A stretch of DNA of 43,405 nucleotides from a virus (IMGVR_UViG_2563366824_000007), one strand, 5' to 3'. Positions 32,808-41,408 are shown, numbered from the stretch's first letter. The notes: generated by a model not told the origin, from the letters alone. Translations and numbers: made by a program.

Positions 32808-33617
32808 TCAATGAACGGTATCGAGCAGCTTTAACAGCTCAGGGAATCGGGATTCGAAGAAGTGTGGCTGCGTCTCGCGCGGATTTGCGGGACTGGTGAT
32901 GTTCTTGCCGAACATGCAGCCTTTCGCTGTCAGCGACCAGAATTTTTTGATGTTGTTAATCGCGGTACGGCTGTATCGTTCGCGCTGCTCGACGATCCCC
33001 AGCTTCACCATCTGGTGATATGCCTGATTAGCCGTCAGGCGGATACCATACTGTTTCAACAGTGCACTCAGTGACAGTGTCGGGCGACTTGAGCCATCGT
33101 GTGCATCAGCAGGAGCATCAATGGCATAGCGCGGTGCCAGATTCGGTAAGCCAACAGCCTCCTGGAGTTTCTGACAGGCACCAAGCACTGATGAGTTAGA
33201 CAGGTTTAATTCCCGGCGCATAAAGTCCAGCAGGATCACACCAGCCTGCATCTTGTCAGCAGCCTGCCCGGATAATTTTTCCGGTGCGCTGGTTACCATA
33301 TCGAAAGTACGGATTACCTTCAGATGGAATGACGGGCTGATCCACATTGCATAGGCATACACCAGTTCTTTGCAGACATACGTCCCCTGGTTATTTCCGC
33401 CATTAATGACGCTAACTGGTTGATTTTGTTCCAGAGGCGGAATTCCACCCTCGGTGAAAAGTTGTTCAATCAATTCACAGGTTTGCTTATTGGAGATCCA
33501 GTATTTCGGGCGGTTTTTTTGTTCTCCCCCGGCTGCCCTGTGCAGATCGTTCAGGCTGTAACGCCCATAAGCATCACGACGAACTTCAATACCATCAATG
33601 ACCATCAGATTATTCAT
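32808..33617 (-). CDS. KilA-N domain protein
   Basis: 269 aa; N-terminal region typical of KilA-N DNA-binding domains in lambdoid early operons. Confidence 0.6.
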   Translation of the reverse strand: MNNLMVIDGIEVRRDAYGRYSLNDLHRAAGGEQKNRPKYWISNKQTCELIEQLFTEGGIPPLEQNQPVSVINGGNNQGTYVCKELVYAYAMWISPSFHLKVIRTFDMVTSAPEKLSGQAADKMQAGVILLDFMRRELNLSNSSVLGACQKLQEAVGLPNLAPRYAIDAPADAHDGSSRPTLSLSALLKQYGIRLTANQAYHQMVKLGIVEQRERYSRTAINNIKKFWSLTAKGCMFGKNITSPANPRETQPHFFESRFPELLKLLDTVH

Positions 33618-33636
33618 ACTTCGTTTCTCCTCTTAA

Positions 33637-34026
33637 TCAGGCGGCTGCACCCGCCGTTTTCTCGTACTTACTGATAGTTATCTCGACCTTCCCTTCCGGG
33701 ATAACCGGTCCCCACTCCACCAGCATTCTTTTCACCTGGCTGTCGTCTTCCCACACACCCGCGTGGGTCAGGGCGTCAAACAGCGCCTTGTTATAGTTGT
33801 CCAGATCGCGGATCCGGTTATCCGGAGGAAACAACACGATCTCCACTGAAGCAGGTGCCGACGTTGGTTTTGGCAGACGACGTAACTGCTCAACTATTGC
33901 TGCACACGCCGCGCTCTGGAATTTTCGCCCCGCCGCGCTTATCAGGCTCTTACCTGCAAACGCCCCTTTGTTGGGGTGTCGCCAGTACGTGTTCACGCTG
34001 GGCGGAAAAGGCAGTATCAGCTTCAT
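33637..34026 (-). CDS. rusA: Holliday junction resolvase RusA
   Basis: 129 aa with RusA hallmarks (PPSVNTYWRH ... RDLDNYNKALFDAL ... DDSQV). Confidence 0.85.
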   Translation of the reverse strand: MKLILPFPPSVNTYWRHPNKGAFAGKSLISAAGRKFQSAACAAIVEQLRRLPKPTSAPASVEIVLFPPDNRIRDLDNYNKALFDALTHAGVWEDDSQVKRMLVEWGPVIPEGKVEITISKYEKTAGAAA

Positions 34027-34349
34027 ACTTTCAGGCCTCTCTCATGTAACCAGTGAGCTGCACGCAGCCTGGCGTTCACCTCACCGGCAAGCAGTGCGCG
34101 GATAATCCCGGCCGCCTCGCTGTCGTCGTCCTTCACTGCGGTATAAAGCGTGATACCCCGGGCCACACCACGCTTTATCGTGATGACGCCTTTTTTCTCC
34201 AGAGCTCGAAGATGCTCCACCGCTGCATTCACTGAACGGTATCCCAGCATGGTTGCCACCTCCTGATTGGTTGGCGGGAAGCCACGTTCTTTCTGATAAG
34301 AAATCAGCATATCCAGCACCTGCTGCTGGCATTGAGTTAACGTCGTCAT
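34023..34349 (-). CDS. LexA-like winged-helix DNA-binding protein
   Basis: Resembles the LexA N-terminal domain (QQQVLDMLISYQKERGFPPTNQEVATMLGYRS...); ATG 34349 preferred over track GTG 34382. Confidence 0.55.
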   Translation of the reverse strand: MTTLTQCQQQVLDMLISYQKERGFPPTNQEVATMLGYRSVNAAVEHLRALEKKGVITIKRGVARGITLYTAVKDDDSEAAGIIRALLAGEVNARLRAAHWLHERGLKV

Positions 34350-34837
34350 TAAGCCCCCACGTAATTCCCTGACAGATACCACTCATCACCCGATGCAGCG
34401 CGCTTGCTGCTTTTCCGTAAGCACCGCTCACGACGCGCAAGAAAATTGTTTCGCTCTTGCTGGGAGTGGCTTTCACGGAATGCCGCCATCCACACCGTTG
34501 CAGCACGACGGTATAAGCCCCTTGACTCCAGTTCTTCAGCCTGGCGGGTCAGGCACAAAATCACCCGGAGATCGTTAGTGCCGACATAGAAATTGCGCAC
34601 AGGTCTGGTTTCACGAACTGGTTGTGGTTCCGGCTCCTGCGCTCTCTCAGTCAGGCGCGGGAAATGTCTGCGTGTATCTCCTTCACAACGGTGAGCCACA
34701 CGCCCACTCTGACGTAACTTGCTTGCTGACTGCAGAACGCGCTGCCGTGAGTAACCTGCAAAAGCATCCGCAACGTCTCCGGAAGTACACCCCGGATGGG
34801 CTTCAATGAATTTCTGAACGTCATTTAACAGACTCAT
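34349..34837 (-). CDS. Hypothetical early protein, possibly DNA-binding
   Basis: Basic Arg-rich ORF translationally coupled in the early operon; ATG 34837 preferred over track GTG 34843. Confidence 0.5.
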   Translation of the reverse strand: MSLLNDVQKFIEAHPGCTSGDVADAFAGYSRQRVLQSASKLRQSGRVAHRCEGDTRRHFPRLTERAQEPEPQPVRETRPVRNFYVGTNDLRVILCLTRQAEELESRGLYRRAATVWMAAFRESHSQQERNNFLARRERCLRKSSKRAASGDEWYLSGNYVGA

Positions 34838-34839
34838 GA

Positions 34840-35781
34840 TCACCCCCTGAATCCTGCCGGGATCTGGCTGTAGTCCACGTTGTCGTAACTGGATTTGAAG
34901 TACGGGTCTTCGCGTTTTTCGGTGTACGTGCTGACGGACGGTGATAAGCGCAGGGAAAGCTCATCCCATTTTTCCCGCAACTTCGACGGGCTGAGCACGT
35001 TACGGCACCAGAACGGATCGCGGTTGACGCGGCTGTACATCTCGCAGATTTGTTTGTGAGTACGACCATCCTGCACACACATCAGGCGAATTTCGTTTGC
35101 CCAGGCTGTCCAGTTCGGTTCTTTGGGACGAACCACCTCGCCGTCACATTCGGCGGCCTGCTCGTACAGGGCGATGATTTTTTTCCAGAGCCACTGTGCG
35201 CAGGTCAAATCATCCTGCGTTCCCCACTGGCGCTTTTTAGGGCTGAATACAACCGCATCAGGATGGCGAGTTAAAAACTCCTGTTCAGCCGTCTGCGTGT
35301 CCGGTTGCGAAGCGTCCGGACGAGAAGTATTTTTATCTGACGGATCATGTTTTGATTTTACTGACGGATCCCCGCCAGATTCTGACGGGTGAAAACCCGC
35401 TTTTTTGCCAGATTTCGACGCATCAAATTTTGACGGGTCAGATTTTGATGCGTCAGATTTTGACGGGTCAGAATCTGACAGTTGAGAAAATGCCGCTGCC
35501 TGAAGCTTCGCAACGTTAAGCTGATAAACATTCGACGCATTGCGGTTACCCTGGCGACGCGCCTTACGCGTTAACCAGCCTTCTGCTTCCAGCCGTGCGA
35601 TAGCCGTTCTGACGGTACTCATCCCCGCGCCAATCTGGCGGGCAATGGTTTCAATTGATGGCCAGCACACACCTTCGTCATTACTGAAATCAGCCAGGCG
35701 GGCCATAATTGCCACGCTGGATAACTTCATGCCTGATGCAGCGCAACCATCCCATACATAGCCGGTTAATTTAGTGCTCAT
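34840..35781 (-). CDS. Replication initiation protein (lambda O-like organiser)
   Basis: N-terminal HTH region, central repetitive linker (DPSKSDASKSDPSKFDASKS) encoded by iteron-like DNA repeats, conserved C-terminal domain. Confidence 0.75.
   Translation of the reverse strand: MSTKLTGYVWDGCAASGMKLSSVAIMARLADFSNDEGVCWPSIETIARQIGAGMSTVRTAIARLEAEGWLTRKARRQGNRNASNVYQLNVAKLQAAAFSQLSDSDPSKSDASKSDPSKFDASKSGKKAGFHPSESGGDPSVKSKHDPSDKNTSRPDASQPDTQTAEQEFLTRHPDAVVFSPKKRQWGTQDDLTCAQWLWKKIIALYEQAAECDGEVVRPKEPNWTAWANEIRLMCVQDGRTHKQICEMYSRVNRDPFWCRNVLSPSKLREKWDELSLRLSPSVSTYTEKREDPYFKSSYDNVDYSQIPAGFRG
35351..35482. repeat. Iteron array (putative replication origin) inside the O-like gene
   Basis: About 7 tandem ~15-bp units of consensus CAGATTTTGACGGGT, e.g. 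35375..35390, 35424..35438, 35439..35453, 35454..35468. Confidence 0.7.
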
Positions 35782-35790
35782 GACCGACCT

Positions 35791-36129
35791 CTATTTCCCT
35801 GAATTTACGACGAAACTGTTCGAGCGGGCTGAAGCACTCATGCTCATAGCCTTCGCGGAGGTAGATAACTCGTTGTGTTTCCGGCTCCCAACGAATGACT
35901 CTGACGGGCACTCCGTAGTGATCTTTGAACCAGCGGTTAACTTGTCGCAAAGGACTGTCTCCTTCTGCCGGTTGAAATCACCCACAGCCCACTCAGCAAA
36001 GCTGTGGGTTACAATTTCCCTGTCACCTGGTACATTAACTGCATAGCAATACTCCACCTTCGCTTTTCCACCCGGTACAGGAAGCGCAATCAGTTGCGAG
36101 CGACGGTAGTGTGTTGTTAAACTGTTCAT
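35791..36129 (-). CDS. Hypothetical early protein
   Basis: 112-aa ORF whose ATG overlaps the upstream gene stop (ATGA), ending 10 nt before the O-like gene. Confidence 0.5.
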   Translation of the reverse strand: MNSLTTHYRRSQLIALPVPGGKAKVEYCYAVNVPGDREIVTHSFAEWAVGDFNRQKETVLCDKLTAGSKITTECPSESFVGSRKHNELSTSAKAMSMSASARSNSFVVNSGK

Positions 36130-36734
36130 GCGTTAGTTTCTCCACAGTCACGACACGCCACGGCGCCCGGAGCTGCACACTCGCGGGCGTCATTACTTTC
36201 TGAAATGCAAAAGATTTTGTAGACCAGTGCTGCATGCTCCTGCAGCTTCGAAATTGAGAGATACAGCTCGTCGTTAATTGCTGTCTTCTCATGCGGTTCC
36301 ACCACACCGTCTTCGATTGCCGAACGAATCTGTCTGGAATAACTGCCAATCTGTTCAATGACTTCCAGCAGGCGCTGGTTAATATCCGCGTTGTCCACAT
36401 CCTCGACGTCAGGAAGAGACACAAAGACGCCATTTGCAGACTGCGCCACAGCGTCAGCAATGAAGTGAGTTCCACCAGCACGTTGCAAAATCATTGCCCA
36501 TCCCAGCGGGAAAATCTGATCGCCATCGGCACGAAGGCGGTTAAATAATGCGTTTTCTGTTACATCCAGCCAGTCAGCTGCTTCAGCGTAACCACCCGGC
36601 AACGCTGCGATAGTTTTTCTGACAGCTTTCACGTACCACTCAGGCTGTTTTTCTACTTTCCAGTGATGCTTACCCACGGTTAGCCTCATCGTTCTGTGGT
36701 TTCTGTTAATCGATTTATCCATTAGATTTTTCAT
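36126..36734 (-). CDS. Early regulatory-region protein at the cII/YdaT position (function uncertain)
   Basis: Track ORF 36126..36791 starts at GTG; in-frame ATGs at 36734 and 36722; no clear ribosome-binding site; follows the cro-like gene. Confidence 0.45.
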   Translation of the reverse strand: MKNLMDKSINRNHRTMRLTVGKHHWKVEKQPEWYVKAVRKTIAALPGGYAEAADWLDVTENALFNRLRADGDQIFPLGWAMILQRAGGTHFIADAVAQSANGVFVSLPDVEDVDNADINQRLLEVIEQIGSYSRQIRSAIEDGVVEPHEKTAINDELYLSISKLQEHAALVYKIFCISESNDARECAAPGAVACRDCGETNA

Positions 36735-36915
36735 AAAGCTCAGGTTTAAATGGCAACCGTCCGCAAGTTCTATATGCAGCTTCTGCTGCACGTCCTTTTG
36801 GAATTAACTGGCCCGGACGGTTTCGCCACTGATAAACGGCTTCAGTTGTTATGCCGAAAAAAGCAGCAACTTTCTCAATACTGCCGAAGTAGCTTTCGAT
36901 ATCGTCAGTTGTCAT
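36715..36915 (-). CDS. Cro-like HTH regulator (YdaS/Cro family)
   Basis: 66 aa with HTH (VAAFFGITTEAVYQWRNR); GGAGGG ribosome-binding site; divergent from cI. Confidence 0.75.
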   Translation of the reverse strand: MTTDDIESYFGSIEKVAAFFGITTEAVYQWRNRPGQLIPKGRAAEAAYRTCGRLPFKPELYEKSNG

Positions 36916-36925
36916 ACGCCCTCCA

Positions 36926-36990
36926 AACTAAGTTTTATTAGATGCTAATTACAAATCTATCTTTGGTCAATAAAAACTAAGATTACTTAG
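36926..36990. promoter_or_regulatory. OR-like operator/promoter region between cro and cI
   Basis: Palindromes ATTAGatgCTAAT (36937..36949) and CTAAGattaCTTAG (36977..36990) plus an AACTAAG half-site; minus-strand TTGACC -17- TAGCAT promoter overlaps the first palindrome. Confidence 0.6.
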
Positions 36991-37012
36991 CAATTCAAGA
37001 AATGGTGCTCCT

Positions 37013-37639
37013 ATGGAAACGGTTGGTCAGCGTATAAAAGCTCTGAGAAGAGTTACCGGAACGTCCCAGAAAGAATTGGGTAAATTTTGTGGAGTAAGCG
37101 ACGTTGCTGTGGGGTACTGGGAGAAAGACATCAATACTCCTGGTGGGGAGGCACTTTCGAAATTAGCGAAGTTCTTCAATACGTCAATAGATTACATTCT
37201 TTATGGTGCTGAGTTTGAAGGCAAACTCGTCACAAACATGCGCAGAGTTCCTGTAATATCGTGGGTTCAGGCTGGGCAGTTTACTGAGTGCAGGGCAGCA
37301 GAAGTGTTTAGTGAAGTGGACAAGTGGGTAGATACATCATTAAAGATTGGTGATAACTCATTTGCATTAGAGGTTAAAGGTGACTCCATGACTAACCCTA
37401 ATGGCCTCCCAACAATACCAGAAGGCGCAACAGTGATTGTAGATCCAGATGCAGAACCTCGTCATGGAAAAATAGTCATCGCTCGACTTGATGGAACAAA
37501 CGAAGCTACAGTAAAAAAATTAGTCATCGATGGCCCTCAAAAGTTTTTAGTGCCATTAAATCCTCGGTATCCCAACATCCCTATCAATGGTAATTGCCTT
37601 ATCATTGGTGTAGTCAAAGGAGTTCAATACGAACTCTAA
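37013..37639 (+). CDS. CI-like repressor (HTH plus S24 LexA-type autopeptidase domain)
   Basis: 208 aa; N-terminal HTH (QKELGKFCGVSDVAVGYWE), C-terminal peptidase region with GDSM serine motif and a downstream Lys. Confidence 0.88.
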   Translation: METVGQRIKALRRVTGTSQKELGKFCGVSDVAVGYWEKDINTPGGEALSKLAKFFNTSIDYILYGAEFEGKLVTNMRRVPVISWVQAGQFTECRAAEVFSEVDKWVDTSLKIGDNSFALEVKGDSMTNPNGLPTIPEGATVIVDPDAEPRHGKIVIARLDGTNEATVKKLVIDGPQKFLVPLNPRYPNIPINGNCLIIGVVKGVQYEL

Positions 37640-37653
37640 GACCTCTCTTCTCT

Positions 37654-37721
37654 AACTAAGGCACCGAACTAAGAAAAGTTTGGTGTTTTCTCTTGCCATA
37701 ATAACTAAGTTAAGTTAGATT
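37654..37721 (+). promoter_or_regulatory. OL/PL-like operator-promoter downstream of cI
   Basis: Three further AACTAAG repeats (37654, 37667, 37703) and a rightward TTGCCA -17- TAGATT promoter (37693..37721) with half-sites in the spacer. Confidence 0.5.
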
Positions 37722-37845
37722 TTATATCAAAGATAACGAACAGGCAGGACGCCCACGAAGTAGCCGCCTGGGGCATATGACGTCCAGGATGATTCGTTGA
37801 GTCATGTTGTGCCACCAGGCACTCATGTTAAAGCAGGTGTATGAA

Positions 37846-38121
37846 ATGAAAGTCCAGATTTTAAACAATAACTGTGAAGTCGTTTGGTCATACGACATAG
37901 CCGCCCCTGTAGATCAGAGCGGCGATAGCTGGACCAATGGGAAACATCAGATTATGGCTGGAGTTGTGTTCTCTTTACGCCGTGCTTTGGAACAGGCTGA
38001 AGTATTTCCATCAGACCCTGAATGGAAATGGCCTTTTTCTATTTGTCCAAATTCGGAGAGCACATTTCAGAAAATTGGTCAGAAAGTCGCACTCGAAGAG
38101 CATCAGCCAACTGTTTCCTGA
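37846..38121 (+). CDS. Hypothetical protein, first ORF downstream of cI
   Basis: 91-aa ORF from ATG 37846 with AGGTG ribosome-binding site (track start 37804 lacks one); AT-rich; no recognised family. Confidence 0.5.
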   Translation: MKVQILNNNCEVVWSYDIAAPVDQSGDSWTNGKHQIMAGVVFSLRRALEQAEVFPSDPEWKWPFSICPNSESTFQKIGQKVALEEHQPTVS

Positions 38122-38284
38122 TTTTTTCAGGTAACTCGTCGGCATCGCAGAAACAACAACGCTCGATCATGTTGAAAGCCGATTCGTAGAACTGTTTCTG
38201 CTGAGTGTCGCTGAGACAGGAAAAGAGCGACGTTACGATGATTTTATTAATTGCATTATCAAGTTCTTTTTCATCAAAAGTCAT
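38039..38284 (-). CDS. Hypothetical acidic protein, convergent with and overlapping the previous ORF
   Basis: 81-aa ORF with ATG and AAGGA ribosome-binding site; 3' end overlaps the plus-strand ORF by 83 nt; Cys pair CCFC; AT-rich. Confidence 0.45.
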   Translation of the reverse strand: MTFDEKELDNAINKIIVTSLFSCLSDTQQKQFYESAFNMIERCCFCDADELPEKIRKQLADALRVRLSDQFSEMCSPNLDK

Positions 38285-38539
38285 TTGATTTTCCTTTTAT
38301 GTATACGGGCTTAAAAGGATACCACCGAGCCTGAAGTGGTGAAAAGACAGGCACATAACAGCTAAGTATTTTCAACCAAAGAGAATCCTTAGCGTTGTGG
38401 TGAATGCGGCTCAGCGCACGCGGGTTAAGGTTGAGGCTGACAGTCGACCTTCTGTGGATACCCACCCGCCTGGTGTGCAACCTTCGCCAGGCACCGGGAG
38501 GCACCCGGCACCACAACTTTATGCTGTGTGTAGTCTTGG

Positions 38540-38584
38540 CGGTACCAGCTTATACCCTTGCTTCCGGCTGGTACCGTCCTTTTT
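38540..38584 (+). terminator. Intrinsic terminator in the early leader (tL1-like)
   Basis: 10-bp GC-rich stem CGGTACCAGC / GCTGGTACCG with 17-nt loop, followed by CC-TTTTT. Confidence 0.6.
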
Positions 38585-38673
38585 ACAAAACAGAGAAGAG
38601 CATCACCGGACGACGGGCTCATAACCCAATCCATCCGGGCGGCAGTCACCGCAGGTGTTCTTCTCTGTTTTGT
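38585..38673 (+). other. Long perfect inverted repeat (15-19 bp stem, about 50-nt spacer) upstream of yfdP
   Basis: ACAAAACAGAGAAGA at 38585..38599 pairs perfectly with TCTTCTCTGTTTTGT at 38659..38673; the stem extends with G-U pairs. Confidence 0.6.
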
Positions 38674-38721
38674 GGAGAAACTAACCGACCTTGCAGGGTC
38701 GATATGATGAGGAGCAGCAAA

Positions 38722-39084
38722 ATGGCTAGCGAACGCAGTACTGATGTGCAGGCATTTATCGGGGAGCTGGACGGCGGCGTATTTGAAACCAAAATCGGCG
38801 CAGTTCTCAGTGAAGTCGCTTCCGGTGTGATGAACACGAAAACCAAAGGTAAGGTCTCGCTCAACCTGGAAATCGAACCGTTTGATGAGAACCGAGTGAA
38901 AATCAAACACAAACTCTCATATGTTCGCCCGACTAACCGCGGGAAAATTTCCGAAGAAGACACCACCGAAACGCCGATGTATGTCAATCGCGGTGGTCGC
39001 CTGACTATTCTGCAGGAAGACCAGGGACAGTTACTGACTCTTGCCGGTGAACCTGACGGAAAACTCCGCGCAGCAGGTCGTTAA
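38722..39084 (+). CDS. yfdP: YfdP-like early protein
   Basis: 120 aa from ATG 38722 with GAGGAG ribosome-binding site; the track ORF's 5' extension from 38404 is Arg/Cys-rich and covers the structured leader. Confidence 0.7.
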   Translation: MASERSTDVQAFIGELDGGVFETKIGAVLSEVASGVMNTKTKGKVSLNLEIEPFDENRVKIKHKLSYVRPTNRGKISEEDTTETPMYVNRGGRLTILQEDQGQLLTLAGEPDGKLRAAGR

Positions 39085-39149
39085 TATCGTTTTTAATTAA
39101 CTGATTATTTATCTCATCACTGAATATCTTTATATAGTGAGGACTTATT

Positions 39150-39974
39150 ATGTCTCAGAACTTAGACGCAACCGCAATTAATCAAATCCATGCCCTTATT
39201 TCTGCTCAGGGTGTTAATGAAATTATCAGTAATATTGGTGCCGATGCTGTGGCATTGCCTGAGAATTTCCGCATTCATGATCTGGAAAAATTTAATTTAA
39301 ATCGCTTCCGTTTCCGTGGTGCGCTTTCCACTGCCAGCATCGATGACTTTACCCGTTATTCTAAAGATCTTGCAGATGAAGGCACCCGCTGCTTTATCGA
39401 TGCTGATAATATGCGTGCCGTCAGTGTGCTTAACCTGGGTACTATTGATGAACCAGGTCACGCAGATAACACCGCCACACTCAAACTGAAAAAGACAGCA
39501 CCGTTCTCTGCTCTGTTGTCTGTTAACGGCGAGCGTAACTCCCAGAAGTCACTGGCAGAATGGATTGAAGACTGGGCCGACTATCTTGTGGGCTTTGATG
39601 CTAATGGTGACGCTATTCAGGCAACAAAAGCGGCTGCGGCTGTCCGTAAAATCACGATTGAAGCAAACCAGACCGCTGATTTTGAAGATAATGACTTCAG
39701 CGGCAAACGCTCCCTGATGGAGTCTGTCGAAGCGAAGACCAAAGACATTATGCCAGTGGCATTTGAATTTAAATGCGTTCCGTTTGAAGGTCTGAAAGAA
39801 CGTCCGTTTAAATTACGCCTCAGTATTATCACTGGCGATCGTCCTGTACTGGTTCTGCGCATTATTCAGCTGGAGGCGGTGCAGGAAGAAATGGCTAAAG
39901 AATTTCGTGATCTGCTTGTTGAGAAATTCAAGGACAGCAAAGTAGAAACCTTTATTGGTACTTTCACCGCCTGA
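39150..39974 (+). CDS. yfdQ: YfdQ-like protein (DUF2303)
   Basis: 274 aa, the size of K-12 YfdQ; GTGAGGA ribosome-binding site. Confidence 0.75.
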   Translation: MSQNLDATAINQIHALISAQGVNEIISNIGADAVALPENFRIHDLEKFNLNRFRFRGALSTASIDDFTRYSKDLADEGTRCFIDADNMRAVSVLNLGTIDEPGHADNTATLKLKKTAPFSALLSVNGERNSQKSLAEWIEDWADYLVGFDANGDAIQATKAAAAVRKITIEANQTADFEDNDFSGKRSLMESVEAKTKDIMPVAFEFKCVPFEGLKERPFKLRLSIITGDRPVLVLRIIQLEAVQEEMAKEFRDLLVEKFKDSKVETFIGTFTA

Positions 39975-40101
39975 TTTCATTACTGCAAATGCCCCTGCGG
40001 GGGCATTTATGGAAACGTAATTTACTCAATAATCGCCGGATGGTGAGGGATTCTTTTTACCAGAATTCAGCGCGGTGCAGCGCATATACGTGGAGAACAA
40101 A

Positions 40102-40638
40102 ATGTCATTTATTAAAACTTTTTCCGGGAAGCATTTTTATTATGACAGGATAAATAAAGACGACATCGATATTAACGATATCGCGGTTTCCCTTTCAAAT
40201 ATCTGTCGCTTTGCCGGTCATCTTTCGCACTTCTACAGCGTCGCCCAACATGCGGTTCTTTGCAGCCAGCTGGTGCCGCAGGAATTTGCTTTTGAAGCGT
40301 TAATGCATGATGCAACAGAAGCGTATTGCCAGGACATTCCCGCACCACTGAAACGCCTTCTTCCTGACTATAAACAAATGGAAGAAAAAATAGACGCCGT
40401 AATCCGTGAGAAATACGGGTTACCCCCAGTTATGAGTACGCCCGTGAAATATGCCGATCTCATCATGCTGGCAACCGAACGCCGCGATCTCGGGCTTGAT
40501 GATGGCTCTTTCTGGCCTGTACTGGAAGGTATCCCGGCAACAGAGATGTTCAACGTGATTCCACTGGCACCGGGCCATGCCTACGGGATGTTTATGGAAC
40601 GCTTTAACGAGTTATCGGAGTTACGCAAATGCGCATGA
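40102..40638 (+). CDS. yfdR: HD-domain 5'-deoxynucleotidase YfdR-like
   Basis: 178 aa from ATG 40102; HD-type metal-binding motif (H ... HD ... D); track start is GTG 40075. Confidence 0.75.
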   Translation: MSFIKTFSGKHFYYDRINKDDIDINDIAVSLSNICRFAGHLSHFYSVAQHAVLCSQLVPQEFAFEALMHDATEAYCQDIPAPLKRLLPDYKQMEEKIDAVIREKYGLPPVMSTPVKYADLIMLATERRDLGLDDGSFWPVLEGIPATEMFNVIPLAPGHAYGMFMERFNELSELRKCA

Positions 40639-40991
40639 ATGTTTTCGAAATGGAAGGGTTTCTTCGTGGGAGATGTGTACCGCGAGATCTGAAAGTAAAT
40701 GAAACAGATGCTGAATACCTAGTGCGTAAATTCGATGCGCTTGAAGCTAAATGTGCAGCACAGGAAAACAAAGTAATACCAGTGTCAACTGAACTGCCAC
40801 CAGCAAATGAAAGTGTTTTGTTATTCGATGCTAACGGAGAAGGCTGGCTAATTGGCTGGCGTTCTCTCTGGTACACCTGGGGACAAAAAGAAACCGGAGA
40901 ATGGCAGTGGACATTTCAGGTCGGGGACCTTGAAAACGTCAATATAACTCACTGGGCAGTAATGCCAAAAGCACCGGAGGCTGGAGCATAA
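40629..40991 (+). CDS. yfdS: YfdS-like protein
   Basis: 120 aa; overlaps the yfdR stop; Trp-rich C-terminus. Confidence 0.7.
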   Translation: MRMNVFEMEGFLRGRCVPRDLKVNETDAEYLVRKFDALEAKCAAQENKVIPVSTELPPANESVLLFDANGEGWLIGWRSLWYTWGQKETGEWQWTFQVGDLENVNITHWAVMPKAPEAGA

Positions 40992-41296
40992 TGACCACTT
41001 TTACCGACAAAGAACTGATTAAAGAAATTAAAGAGCGTATCAGCAGCCTTGACGTGCGAGACGATATTGAGCGCCGTGCTTATGAAATCGCACTCCTATC
41101 TCTGGAAGTAGAACCAGATGAACGCGAAGCTTATGAATTATTCATGGAAAAGCGTTTCGGTGACTTAGTAGATCGTCGGAGAGCAAAAAACGGCGATAAC
41201 GAATACATGGCATGGGATATGACTCTCGGTTGGATCGTCTGGCAGCAACGAGCTGGTATCCATTTTTCAACAATGTCACAGCAAGAGGTGAAATAA
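40991..41296 (+). CDS. yfdT: YfdT-like protein
   Basis: 101 aa; start overlaps the yfdS stop. Confidence 0.7.
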   Translation: MTTFTDKELIKEIKERISSLDVRDDIERRAYEIALLSLEVEPDEREAYELFMEKRFGDLVDRRRAKNGDNEYMAWDMTLGWIVWQQRAGIHFSTMSQQEVK

Positions 41297-41352
41297 TGGA
41301 GCCATACAGCCTCACACTCGATGAGGCCTGTCAGTTTCTTAAAATATCCTGA
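41296..41352 (+). pseudogene. Truncated AlpA/Xis-like excisionase remnant (ypdJ-like)
   Basis: 18-codon ORF MEPYSLTLDEACQFLKIS* resembling the N-terminus of AlpA-family excisionases, cut short by a stop. Confidence 0.45.
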
Positions 41353-41392
41353 TCTACCATCGCCGTCATAGAGCGTATTTTTATTACCTGAT

Positions 41393-41408
41393 TTGCAGGT
41401 TCGATTCC
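41393..41408 (+). repeat. Orphan 16-bp copy of the argW T-arm segment (TTGCAGGTTCGATTCC)
   Basis: Exact match to tRNA positions 1045..1060, located about 300 bp inside attR just upstream of torI. Confidence 0.6.

Noticed and set aside
35351-35482. Tandem 15-bp repeats considered as a possible CRISPR array
   Set aside because: Units are contiguous with no spacers, lie inside a coding sequence and encode a repetitive peptide; better explained as replication-origin iterons
38404-38721. 5' extension of the track ORF 38404..39084, an in-frame ATG giving a 226-aa protein
   Set aside because: The extension translates as Arg/Cys-rich low-complexity sequence and spans the terminator hairpin and long inverted repeat; ATG 38722 has a GAGGAG ribosome-binding site and gives the expected 120-aa YfdP-sized product
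38285-38721. Structured region considered as a retron msr/msd locus
   Set aside because: No reverse transcriptase ORF nearby; the downstream genes are yfdP-T
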